Shown: positions 1 through 10,136 of the stretch, piece by piece
How the letters are laid out: every line of letters starts with the position of its first letter
How positions within the stretch are numbered: the first letter of the stretch is position 1
Source of the DNA: Caecitellus pseudoparvulus
Lineage: Eukaryota > Protista > Bigyra: Bicosoecida
NCBI GenBank assembly: GCA_965644315.1
Contig: CBFFRQ010000089.1
Location: forward strand, 186,001 to 250,000
Direction of reading: 5' to 3'
DNA length: 64,000 nucleotides
Notes under the pieces: generated by a model
Seen by the model: the letters and a program-made list of their open reading frames with translations, nothing else
Databases searched by the model: none
What the model was told of the DNA's origin: nothing
Translations under genes and position numbers: made by a program

Positions 1-2527
1 CCTCATGAGTGGAGGCTGACCATCAGATCGCTGACCACCAACTGTGAGCATGAACGCCTCTGTCCTGCACTGGATGGGCAGCTGCACAAGCTGAGAATAA
101 GTTTGTGAGGGGGTTCGTGCTGTGGCTGGGAATGTTCCTGCCGCGGCCCTCAGCGTGCAGAAGGACTCTTCTTGAAAAGTGAGGGTCGTGCCGTACAGGT
201 CTCGGGTTCCAGATGTGATGCTGAAGTGAGCTTGGAAACTCAGTTCGGTATCAATGCCAAGGAAAATGATGGAGCCCAAGTCCCCATTTGACTTTGGTGC
301 AGACACGGCGATGGTTGTGAGTTCAGGGTCGAAGAGGTGCGCTTGCACATGGGCGACGCCCTCGCCAAACCATCCCTGCCCGTCTCCTCCGATGCCTGTC
401 ATCCCCTCCAACGTTGGCAGGTTGTCCCCAGGCACCAAGACCGCGTTGTCTCCAAACGGAGAGCCCCGATCAGGCTGGAGCAAGTAGACGAAAACAGCCC
501 CTTCATCTCCTGCATGCAAGAAGGCGCCAATGGCAACGTCAGGGCAGCCGTCTCGGTCAATGTCCCCGATGCCCGTCACGCCGGAACCAAACCCTTCTCC
601 TGCTGGGCCAGGGAACGTGAAGTGCTGGTCCACACTTCCATCTGGACGTAAGTAGATGATGGTGACAAACCCGGGGTCACCTGCAGAGTGGTCGAAAGCC
701 AAGCTGGACTCGGGTGCGCCCACCAGCAAGTCCGGCACACCATCCAGGTCAACATCGCCAATGGACGCGACGTCGTGGCCGAAGAAGGATGCTGGCGGGA
801 CACCGAAATCCCCTCCAATGAGCAAGTAACCACCTGGAGAAGACGTGGGCCTCAGGTTGCGGTCGTCGATGTACCGGACCAGGACGTGTCCATGATTTCC
901 TGGGCCTTCACCAGGAATGCCAGTGGCCAACAGGAACGCATCTGGGCGACCTGCGAAGTCACCATGGCACAGGCCTCGAACAATGGCAAGGCTGAGACCA
1001 CCCAGTGCACTTGATGGAAGTCCTTCAGCCTCAGCGTCGATGTTGAGTTCGGACACCACGTTTGACGCTCTGATTACATCGGGGCGGTTCGACAGCGCGA
1101 GAGAGTATGGCAGCCACTCCTCTGCAGCCGGGACATGAAGAACACCAAACGTTACTTGCGGTGGCTCAACGCTTCCCCACGCAATCAATGGTTGACGATG
1201 TTCTCCATTCTGGATCGATGCTCCGTTGGCAGAGAGGAACGCGGCAGAGCCAAAGTGTACGCCGAGCTGCAGATGAGAGTCTTCACTCCCATCCAGTCGA
1301 ACAGCTGGTTTGCGACCTACCCCTCCCAAGAGCCCCGCCACAAGGAACGCTCCTGTACCGTCATCACCTTCGGGGGAGTGAAGTAGAAGCTCTGGCAAGC
1401 CGTCGCCATCGAGATCTGGCGCAACATCAGAAACGCGCAACTTTCCGCCGTCGAAAGCCGCGTCTTCCCAAAAGCCTCCCGCCTCCAGAAACTGGACGCC
1501 TCGTGGAAGCTGTTCATCATCGTAGTCAATCGCAAACACGCCACCTTGGTTTGAAGCAGCTCCTGGAGCGCTGACGAAAACCACAGCGCAGTCGGGGCAG
1601 AACAATGATCCTCGCGTCGCGGCGAGTGACTCGCCTGCCAGGAAAGATTCCGGGAGCATGCCGCTCAAGACGCCTTCGTCATTGTCCATGAAGAAATGGA
1701 GCCTCGTGAGGTGCAGGATGTTGCCATCCCAAGCCACACCAAAGTGCCCCACCCAGCCCCGGCCACCCTCATGGTGCGGCGCGCCCACCACGAGCTCCGC
1801 CACATCGGAGTCTCGCGGAGGAAGCGCGACGACGGCAGAGCCCATCCTGTCTCCTTCATTCAGGTGCTCAGAGGCGTTCACTTCGATGTTGTATGCGGAG
1901 CCGACGATGGTGCAGTGGGCGACTTCAACCGTGTCAGTGAGTCCCACAAGCGCGAGCCTCCCTCGACCCCAGCCAGGCATGCCGATGGCGTACTCGTCAG
2001 TGGAAGGGTCCTGGTCCAGTTCACCTGAGAAAGGGCACATGAGGGGGGCAGAGGAGTGAGGTTTGTGCTGCATCTCAACCTTGCGGCGCAGCTGAGCAGG
2101 ACGGACCGATGTACGCCATGGTGTACCCTAATTCAGCCCCTTCCTCCACAGGAAAGGGGGAGCCTGGGGTGTCAGGCCGCAGCTGCACTGCCTTTTGCAC
2201 AACAACTGGCTGCTGTGCGTCCGGGCCCATGCCAAGGAGCATGACGACGACTGCGCCACAGTCACGCTCTCCGCCGTGGCACTCATAGCGCGGCATCCCT
2301 ACGGCCAAGTCTGGCAGCACGTCGGACCCAAACATGCCCAGACGGTGCACGAGGAGGCCCTCTTCGCCCACTGCGCTGTCGATCTCCTGTGCCAGTTTTC
2401 CATTCAGCAGCGCTGCCAAGTTCACTGCGACAGGAGCCTCGGCGAGCTGCACGCCGAGGCACTGGGAGAAAGCAGTTACGAGGAAGACTGCCACAGCGAG
2501 CCTGGCGCGGAAAGAGTGCCAGATCAT
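1..2527 (-). CDS. Secreted/surface FG-GAP (integrin-alpha beta-propeller) repeat protein; 3' end runs off the window
   Basis: Exon 1 (2527-2080) encodes a signal peptide (MIWHSFRARLAVAVFLVTAFSQCLG) and PDLAVGMP. Predicted intron 2079-2025 (GTTGAG...TCTCAG). Manual translation of exon 2 stays open to base 1 and has FG-GAP/Ca-loop motifs: FGHDVASIGDVDLDGVPDLLVGAP, FGSGVTGIGDIDRDGCPDVAIGA, DLDGDGLPELL, ELVVGAP. It is missing from the ORF track because there is no stop in the window. Confidence 0.85.
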
Positions 2528-3269
2528 ATCTCAGTGATGTAGTGAATCAAGCCTGGCCTTTCCTCAGACACAGCTGGAATTGCAGCGGGTATCTCCTGTG
2601 TCGATCGGAAGAAGCACAAGAAAACTCGCCCACACCTCGACGCCCAGCACGAGTGCAACGGCGCTACCACTGCCAGCCAAACTAGTCAAGCAAGAAAGCC
2701 TGTCAAGTGAACACTTTGCTGGAGGACGGCACTGTAAAGAGCAGGCAAACACGCTCCAGGGAGCCCTGGCAGGCGTTGAACGGCTCGATTCTCTTTTTGC
2801 GTCGAGTACTTCCTCCTCAAGCAGGTTGCATAGAGGAGCCTGATGGCTGAGGAATCTCACACCGAAAAGCAAGAACCTGGCCTGAATGTGTTGATTGTAC
2901 ACTGAATTGCAAATCTGCGCTCCGTGGCAAGTATGCATTGCCTGCTCTTCGTGCAGAACGAAACCTAGCGAAAGCGTTTCACATGAAACGGTGACCATCC
3001 TCGGGAGGCAGTACTCTACGCCAGCGATCCAAATCCTCTTCTCCACATGGGAGTATGTCCTCCTTCGCCCTAACCCGTCGTTTCAATGCGCCAATCGTCG
3101 TATTGTCTACCAATGAGAGGAATGGCGAAGATGATTTTCCTGGTATTACGGTTCTCTCTTTATCCAGGCAAGCTCTATTTGGTCGTAACTTTGTAAAGAA
3201 ACGAGTAATTCGATTCATCATCACTTACAAAAGAGCCTGTTAGCAACTGAAAGTCCTCCACGTATCACC

Positions 3270-5678
3270 ATGACGGAGTGGTGGCTGCTCGTGCCACATG
3301 GAGGCTTCAAGCGCCCGTCGCAAGACGCCAGTGAAGCTGCAGCGGATCCTGACCATGTCGCGGCAGCTGGAGTAGCACCTGCACCTAGCCGCCATGTTGT
3401 GCACCATGTGCAGTTGCCTCACGATATCAGCGAGGCTCTGGAGGCCGCCAAGTTGCGGCATGAAGCGCGGCTGCAGTGCCACGTGGCACTGGGTGGAGCG
3501 GCGCAGCAAGACCAGGCAACCGTTGCCGACGCCGTGCCAGCAGCAGCGGGTCTTGGGAGTGAACCAGGAGAAGGACGCTCCGCCGAAGGCACATCCTCAC
3601 AATCGTTACTCTGCAGCCTGGACGTGTCGCTGAGGACGCGCCATGCAACGCTGGCGACGGCGGAGGAGAAACTTGGCGTGTCGGGGTCAATTTCCGCACC
3701 GTGCTTGGCCCTCGCATCCGGTGCTGTGGCGGCTTTACGGGCCCAGGTGCTGGGTGGCTCGCCAGTGTCCCTGTGCGTGCATCGTGGTATCCCTGCTCAG
3801 CACGCGTCGGGAGGGCAGTGGCGGCTGGGCCTGCTCGCAGATGTGCAGCACGCCGACGTGCCTGACGGGACGTCGTACAGTGGTGTGGCGCGGTATTTTC
3901 GGGGCGCTGCAGAGACGTTGGACCGCATTCTGGCGTCTCTGACGGGGGACTGGGGGGTGGACGCCATCGTGCACTGTGGCGACCTCATTGATGGGCGGGC
4001 CAAGTCAGGGAGCTTGGCGACGCTGCGCAAGTTGCTGCGGCGTTTTCCCACTGCGGCCCTGCCCTGTGCGTTTGCCATTGGGAACCACGAGCTGTACCAC
4101 ACGAGGCGGGAGGACGTGTCGGGGCTGCTGGGGCTGCCCCCTGACCGTGCAGCGTTCACGTCCATGCCGTTTCCTGGCGCTGGCGTGCGAGTCATCGTGC
4201 TGGATGCGTTTGACATTGGCGTGAAGGGGTGGCCGGCCAGCCACCCCCACGCAGTGCAGGCACACGCCCTGGTGAGGGCAGTGAACACCAACCATGCCCA
4301 GCTGAACGACGGCAGCATGCTGGGCGACCGGGGCAGTCTGCACCGGCGGTGGGTGGCGTACAACGGGGCAGTGGGTGCTGCGCAGCTGGCGTGGCTGCAC
4401 GCGGAGCTTGCGGCTGCAGACGCCGATGGCTGCGCTGCCGTGGTGATTGGGCACGTGACTCTGCACCCTCAGGCTGGGAGCAAGCAGAACACGGCGTGGA
4501 ACTATGCGGAAGTGCAGAAAGTTCTGCACGCTCACGCGTCGCCTGTTGCGTACTTTGCCGGGCACGACCACACGGGCGGCTATGCCGTGGACGCAGTGGG
4601 CGTGCACCACCTGACTCTGGATGGCATCATCGAGTTGGAGCCAGAGGCTGAGGCGTATGCCGTGCTGGCTGCCTGGCCGCTGCAGGGTGAGGCGACAACT
4701 GCACCCACCCGCCTGGCCTTTGGCGTGAGCAGTGTGGGCAAGACGGCTCGTTGGCAGGGGGGGCCACCCCAGCGCCTGACCACCCCTCGTTTTTCGCTGT
4801 TCCAGGCCGTGAGGGGCGTGGTGGAGGGCGGCCTGGACGCGTCGCACGCGCAGTTGACGTGCCATGACTTGGTGGCGTTTCTCGGCGCCGCGACGCCGCC
4901 CGGCGCTCCCGACACACACTTGGTCGTCCTGACACACCCCGACCTGTCCAGGACCAACCTGCACGGGGGCAGTGTGGTGGAGTCTCTGGCTGCTGCGGCG
5001 GCTGGCTTCCCAGCGTCTGCCGAAACGCCGCAGAAGAGCGCAAGTGACACGCACTCGTGGTGGCCCCGGCGCCTGACGCCTGGCCTGCCCCTGGGCCAAG
5101 AACTGCGCACGATGCTGCACGCACACCAGCGCACCGGCGGCGCTGCGCTGCGTTTCGCAGCCGAGGCGGCCAAGGTGCGCAGCAAGCCAGTGCCGACAAA
5201 CCTGGCGTGGCCGGGCGGTGCAGACAAGGCGGCAGAAGAGAGCACACCCCCTGTCGTGGAAGGCGCCCCCCAGGAGCTGCAAGAAGCGGTGCAGAACACG
5301 CTGCCACCGCGCGATGTCGCTGCGCTGTGGGACGGCAGCGTCGGCGGCGTGGTGCACTGCAGCGTGCCAGCCAGCACCATTCGGCACCTGTCCTTGGCCC
5401 ACAATGCGCTGACAGGCGCACTTCCCGACGTGCATGAAGGATTTTGGAGCGCGCTCACATGTCTGGAGGAGCTGGATGTGTCTGGCAACGCCCTGACGGC
5501 GCTGCCAGCCAGTCTCGCGTCCGCCCCTGCGTTGCAGCGCCTGGATTTGAGCGGCAACAACTTCTCCGCCCTGCCCGAGTGCTTGGCGGCCATGCCCAGC
5601 CTGAAGCACGTCATCATGAAGGGCAACCCAATGCCACCTGCCTCACAGCCACTGCCTGGCGTGGAGGTGGAGTGGTGA
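3270..5678 (+). CDS. Mn-dependent ADP-ribose/CDP-alcohol diphosphatase (ADPRM-like metallophosphoesterase) fused to C-terminal leucine-rich repeats
   Basis: Calcineurin-like metal motifs LADVQHAD, CGDLIDG, GNHELY, VIGH and FAGHDHTGGY, plus ADPRM-type RWVAYNGAVG and AWNYAEV. The C-terminus has LRRs: LSLAHNALTG, LEELDVSGNALTALP, LQRLDLSGNNFSALP, LKHVIMKGNP. Confidence 0.85.
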   Translation: MTEWWLLVPHGGFKRPSQDASEAAADPDHVAAAGVAPAPSRHVVHHVQLPHDISEALEAAKLRHEARLQCHVALGGAAQQDQATVADAVPAAAGLGSEPGEGRSAEGTSSQSLLCSLDVSLRTRHATLATAEEKLGVSGSISAPCLALASGAVAALRAQVLGGSPVSLCVHRGIPAQHASGGQWRLGLLADVQHADVPDGTSYSGVARYFRGAAETLDRILASLTGDWGVDAIVHCGDLIDGRAKSGSLATLRKLLRRFPTAALPCAFAIGNHELYHTRREDVSGLLGLPPDRAAFTSMPFPGAGVRVIVLDAFDIGVKGWPASHPHAVQAHALVRAVNTNHAQLNDGSMLGDRGSLHRRWVAYNGAVGAAQLAWLHAELAAADADGCAAVVIGHVTLHPQAGSKQNTAWNYAEVQKVLHAHASPVAYFAGHDHTGGYAVDAVGVHHLTLDGIIELEPEAEAYAVLAAWPLQGEATTAPTRLAFGVSSVGKTARWQGGPPQRLTTPRFSLFQAVRGVVEGGLDASHAQLTCHDLVAFLGAATPPGAPDTHLVVLTHPDLSRTNLHGGSVVESLAAAAAGFPASAETPQKSASDTHSWWPRRLTPGLPLGQELRTMLHAHQRTGGAALRFAAEAAKVRSKPVPTNLAWPGGADKAAEESTPPVVEGAPQELQEAVQNTLPPRDVAALWDGSVGGVVHCSVPASTIRHLSLAHNALTGALPDVHEGFWSALTCLEELDVSGNALTALPASLASAPALQRLDLSGNNFSALPECLAAMPSLKHVIMKGNPMPPASQPLPGVEVEW

Positions 5679-5944
5679 GGCAGGCAGTTTGGCTTGCGCC
5701 AGGTGCGTTTCGACCCAGCCGTCGAGGCGGCACTGATTCAGCACAGGGCTGCACATTGCTTTGCAATGACCCTCCCTGCACATCTTTCAATGCATGTCAT
5801 GTCAATGTTCAGCTCCTGAGCGCTTCATCCCTTCGTTTTACTCATCAACGTGGCCGGCAGCACAAAGTGCCACCACCGCACACGAGACTTGCACCTGGCG
5901 CTGCAACGGCAATAAGTCCGCGTGCAGTGGCGGCGCCTGGGACC

Positions 5945-7285
5945 ATGGCATTCGACGGCAGGTATGTAAAGCCCATCCAACGTGCACCTGTATACCGAGG
6001 CATGTCCTACCAGGCCTCTGCTGTGCGGGACGCTCTCACGGGGCACCCTGCTGGTGGCGCGGCGAGCACGCCAACCGCGCAGCCTGGGCAGCCCGGTCAG
6101 GCCCCAGGGGGGTCAAGCTACGCTGTGGCAGGACGCAACGCCCACCAGCAACCCACTGCAACCCACATGCGGAGTGATAGGCACGCAGGCGTTGACGTGG
6201 CGCCATCTGCGGGGCACGCCGATCGGCGGGGTGCAGATCAATTTCCGCAGGGCACTTCGGCGCCTGCCAGCCGCCAGCAGGTCATCAAGCACTACGCCAC
6301 GTCGGGCATGGTGTATGAACCTGATGAAGTGCGGCAGGTGACTGTGGACTTGGCTCCAGCTGGCTCGGCGTCTGCTCGGCGTGGCGGCCAGCCCTCTGGC
6401 CCGTTTGGCAAGGAAAGCTACGGCATCAACGCCATTCCTCACCGGGGGCGGCAGGCGCAGCCCAACGCAGGGCCAGGGCCCCACGACCGCCACGCTCGTG
6501 GGTGGATTCGGTACCACCTCCCAGACACCGCTCGCCCAGGCATCCGCCCCACGCACGGGTCAGCGGTGCTGCAGACGTCCAGCGCCGCTGCAGAGGCGAT
6601 ATTCGGCGAAGGCACCAGCACAGTGCAGGGGGGGCGGGGGCACTCCCCGGCATCACATGACCGCACAGCGCCCAACCCTGGCCGCCGCTTGCAGTCCTCG
6701 GAGCAAACTGCCAGCGCGTTGATGTGGCCGGCAGCGCCTGAGGGTGGCGACGAGGGGAGTGGGCCCACCGTGCGCGACCGGGGATCGTACACGTCGAAGA
6801 ACCTGACGAGCACTGCCGTGGCTGAGAGCTTGGTGTTCGACCCTGCTGCCCATGCTGGCGGCAGGCCTGGGCAAGACGGCTTCGACCCGGCCGTGTCGGT
6901 GCGCAACCGTGGTGCGTTCGTCAGCAAGAACTTGCAGAGTGCAGGTGTGGGGTCACTGCTGGGAGGCGGCGGGTTGGTGCAGGAGGGGGGTGCGCAGGGG
7001 GGGCATGTGACCGGCCCTGCGCCCATCACTGCCACGGCACAGCAGCTGTCTGCGCGAGGGGGCGCTGGCAGCGGCAAGCGCACGCAGCACTACCAGGAGC
7101 GCCTGCGGTCTTCAGACGGCATTCTGCAGGCGGACGATGGGCGGTATTTCGTGACAACACACCAGGTGGCGCACACGGGGGCGCAGGAGGGCCCTCCTCG
7201 GGCGCAAACGCCGCCGAAACGCGGCAAGCGCCACGTGCGCTCGGGCCCCAACAACCCCTACCGGCAAACGTGGGTGTTTGGCTGA
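5945..7285 (+). CDS. Hypothetical low-complexity Gly/Pro/Arg-rich protein with short repeated motifs
   Basis: Long ORF (5444-7285) with an in-frame ATG at 5945 in good context (accATGG). Repeated motifs SKNLTSTAVAESL and SKNLQSAGVGSL; ends in TWVFG. Confidence 0.6.
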   Translation: MAFDGRYVKPIQRAPVYRGMSYQASAVRDALTGHPAGGAASTPTAQPGQPGQAPGGSSYAVAGRNAHQQPTATHMRSDRHAGVDVAPSAGHADRRGADQFPQGTSAPASRQQVIKHYATSGMVYEPDEVRQVTVDLAPAGSASARRGGQPSGPFGKESYGINAIPHRGRQAQPNAGPGPHDRHARGWIRYHLPDTARPGIRPTHGSAVLQTSSAAAEAIFGEGTSTVQGGRGHSPASHDRTAPNPGRRLQSSEQTASALMWPAAPEGGDEGSGPTVRDRGSYTSKNLTSTAVAESLVFDPAAHAGGRPGQDGFDPAVSVRNRGAFVSKNLQSAGVGSLLGGGGLVQEGGAQGGHVTGPAPITATAQQLSARGGAGSGKRTQHYQERLRSSDGILQADDGRYFVTTHQVAHTGAQEGPPRAQTPPKRGKRHVRSGPNNPYRQTWVFG

Positions 7286-7378
7286 GTCAAACCGCGCTGC
7301 GCTGCAATGCATTGTCCGCAAGCGACGCATATCCAGCACACGGCCGGCTTCTTGCCTAGCGCCGGTGCAGGCTTCCAT

Positions 7379-8977
7379 TCACGGGTTGCTGCTGCTGCGT
7401 TTTCCCGGAGCCTGCGCCGCAGCTGCGGCCTGGGACGGGGAGGGCAAGCAGCTCTGCAGGGCCTGAAGAGCGCTGGCAGCGTCTGGGAACCTGCGAGCAC
7501 GGTCAGGCTCCAGGGCCCTCTGCAGCCACGCCGCGACGGCAGCGGGCATGCCGCGGGAAGTTGCTGCGTGGTGCACTGCACCTCGCCGTCGCAGGGCGTG
7601 CAGCGCAGTGCTTTTGAAACGCACTTTTTGCCCGCGAGGTGGAGTGAAGGGGTACTCGCCGCTGAGAAGGAAGTAAAGAAGGGACGCCAGGCTGAATATG
7701 TCTGACGTGGCGTCAAGTGTCGTGGGGTTGTCGAATTGTTCCCGCGGCTGTGCCACCCACAGCCCCCCCCGTGTTGGCCCCTCATACCGCAGGGCTCCTG
7801 CACCTCCCGCGCCAGGGCACGACAGGGGCCGGGCAGAGCCAAAGTCGATTAGTTGGGCCGCTTCCCAGGTCGGCGAGCCTGTGGCAGGCTGCGGCACGCA
7901 CACGTTTTCAGCGTGAATGTCCGCGTGCAGGTGTGTGGCGTGCAGCGCGCTCAACTGCCGCAGCACAGCTGCCACCACTTGCATCGCGGCAGAGAGGGAA
8001 ATCGAACCCGATGCTGCATGTTCTGCCAGCGTTGGCCCAGCGAACTTTGTGACGGCCACGCAAGAAACGGGTGCCGTGGGCAGCAGCGCAGCGCCGAAGA
8101 AACCGCCGGCCTCGCCCAAACTACGCAGGGCCGCCAGCTCCTCACCCACTCGCTCGTCCCACGGCTGCACCTTCCACACACACGACACGGTGTTCCCAGC
8201 CGCCACCTCCCACTCGCCCAGGTACGCCACACTGCGCTTGCCGCTGCCGGCTGTGCGGAGAGCGGCGTTTGCGAGCGGCAGCAGGGCAGCAGGGGGCACG
8301 CCAGCGCCCCCCCCACCCGCCCAGTGCTGGCGCTGCAGGCACTGTGGGACACTCCACTCTCCCCCGCCTGCAGCGAAGCAGGGAATGGCGGGGCAGGGTG
8401 CTTGGCTGGGCTGTGTCGCAGTGCGTAGCTGCCCCCCTGCACAGGCCAGCTCGAACTGACGCGAGGCACTGGCGCTGGGGGCGACCAAAGCAAGGTGGGA
8501 TGGCGAACTCGAGGGCATTGCGTGCCAGACTGCCGGTGGGGGCGTGGGGAGGTGCCCGCCAGTCCATGCGGCACTTGAGCCACTAGTTGCCTGGAGCCAG
8601 TGACTGGTGCCAGGGCCCAGACACAGCACATGAACTGCTACAGGCTGCAGGTTTGGCACACCCTCACTACAAGCAGCAGTTGCAAGTGTCTGATCCTCTT
8701 CATGGCCTGGGCGGGGCCGCTTTGCTGGGGGCGGTGCCGGTGCAGTTTCCGCAGTCGGCGGCGTGTGCCTTTCGACGCCGTCCTGCAGCTTCAGGAAGCT
8801 CTTGCTGCCATGTGGCCCGGCAAGCACGGCCCAGCCCTCTGGAAGTGCCGCGTCGAACCACGCCGACACGCCGCTTGTGGGGTTGTGGAAGTACCACGCC
8901 CCTCTCGACTTGGACTTGACGCAGGTCCATGGTGCTGGCGCCTGCCACGAAGGGCGCTCAGCGTCTTCCGCCGCCAT
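7379..8977 (-). CDS. WW-domain protein kinase with atypical catalytic loop
   Basis: ATG at 8977 (MAAEDAERP). WW-like segments WTCVKSKSRGAWYFHNPTSGVSAW and LPEGWAV. Kinase motifs GSGKRSVAY, VWK, EELAAL, HADIHAENV, LIDFG, SDIFSLA and LEPDRARRF. Confidence 0.8.
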   Translation of the reverse strand: MAAEDAERPSWQAPAPWTCVKSKSRGAWYFHNPTSGVSAWFDAALPEGWAVLAGPHGSKSFLKLQDGVERHTPPTAETAPAPPPAKRPRPGHEEDQTLATAACSEGVPNLQPVAVHVLCLGPGTSHWLQATSGSSAAWTGGHLPTPPPAVWHAMPSSSPSHLALVAPSASASRQFELACAGGQLRTATQPSQAPCPAIPCFAAGGGEWSVPQCLQRQHWAGGGGAGVPPAALLPLANAALRTAGSGKRSVAYLGEWEVAAGNTVSCVWKVQPWDERVGEELAALRSLGEAGGFFGAALLPTAPVSCVAVTKFAGPTLAEHAASGSISLSAAMQVVAAVLRQLSALHATHLHADIHAENVCVPQPATGSPTWEAAQLIDFGSARPLSCPGAGGAGALRYEGPTRGGLWVAQPREQFDNPTTLDATSDIFSLASLLYFLLSGEYPFTPPRGQKVRFKSTALHALRRRGAVHHAATSRGMPAAVAAWLQRALEPDRARRFPDAASALQALQSCLPSPSQAAAAAQAPGKRSSSNP

Positions 8978-9139
8978 TTCGCCGGGGCGGCCAAAGAAGC
9001 CACAATGGCGTTTGCACACGGCGCTGTAAACTACAAACCTGCAAGCGAACCGCAGGTTACACAGCAAGGTTCTCTTTTGTGCCACGCAGGAAAGTGCTCA
9101 AAGCGCTCACGCTCCCTGGCGTTTCGGTCGAAACGCAGC

Positions 9140-9352
9140 ATGGACCCTGCTCCACCTCCCATGACGAGGGAAGAGCGCATTGAGGAAATCCTGGCACTTC
9201 AAAAAGACCTGTACCGTGTCACACTGGACCTCCTGCGGTTCCAGGCCGACAGCCGTTCGTTGCAGGAACGCATTGGGGCTTGTGAGGCGTACAGCCCTCA
9301 GCACCAGCGAAGCATCCAAGCTCGACAAGGCGCAAGCCTCCCTGGCAAGTAG
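9140..9352 (+). CDS. Small putative coiled-coil protein (70 aa)
   Basis: MDPAPPPMTREERIEEILALQKDLYRVTLDLLRFQADSRSLQERI shows a heptad pattern and lies in the gap between flanking genes. No family is confidently recognised. Confidence 0.4.
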   Translation: MDPAPPPMTREERIEEILALQKDLYRVTLDLLRFQADSRSLQERIGACEAYSPQHQRSIQARQGASLPGK

Positions 9353-9423
9353 GGGCACGAGCAGGGCACACCGGGGCTCTATTCAGGCACCAGACAACAA
9401 GGAAAACACTCAACCCGCAAGTC

Positions 9424-10106
9424 ATGCTCGCGCGGTGTGCTGCTGCAGGCGCTCGGCGCGTCGTCGGGAGGGAACGCACCCTGGCGCAGTGCGCCACGTT
9501 TTCCACCGACCCCAGTGCCGGGGTTCAGTTCACAGTGCGCAACCCGCAGTACGAGGCAGACATTCGTGCTGCGTTTCAGCAGCAGGGCCTGATGGGCCAC
9601 TTGGGCGCCTCCATCGTGCAGGTGGAGCCTGGCCTCGTGACGCTGGAGGTGCGTGGCGCGTATTCGCCTGATGCGTTTCACACGCCCCACCCCCTCCCAA
9701 GCGCCGCCCCATGCATCGGCCCCCCTTGCACACTGCACCCCCTCCTGGCTCGTCCTGCCAGACTTCAGCTTCTCCCAACCTCACCCAGCAGCACGGCTAC
9801 TTCCACGCCGGCGCGTCCACTGCGCTGGGGGATACGGCAGGCGGCTTTGCAGCCATGACGTGCATGGCGCCGGGCGTGTCGCCGCTGGCGGTGGAGTTCA
9901 AGGTGTCGCTGCTGGCGCCAGCCGTGGGCGACACACTGCGGGCCACGGGGCGTGTTCTGCGTTCCGGCCGCACGCTCACGTTCACGGAGGTGGAGGTGTG
10001 GGGCGTGCGTGCGGCGACGGGGGAGGCGGTGCGGGCGGCGGTCATGCTGCAGACGGTGATCGGGTCGCGGCCGCCAGGGGACACAGACCGCGCCACGTCA
10101 CGTTAG
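9424..10106 (+). CDS. PaaI/hotdog-fold acyl-CoA thioesterase with probable mitochondrial presequence
   Basis: Exons 9424-9648 and 9762-10106; intron GTGCGT...GCCAG. The joined protein has LTQQHGYFHAGASTALGDTAGG, VEFKVSLLAPA and GRVLRSGRTL. The N-terminus is Arg/Ala-rich. Confidence 0.85.
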
Positions 10107-10136
10107 TTGGGTAGGTGCACGGTGCATTGGGTGGGG

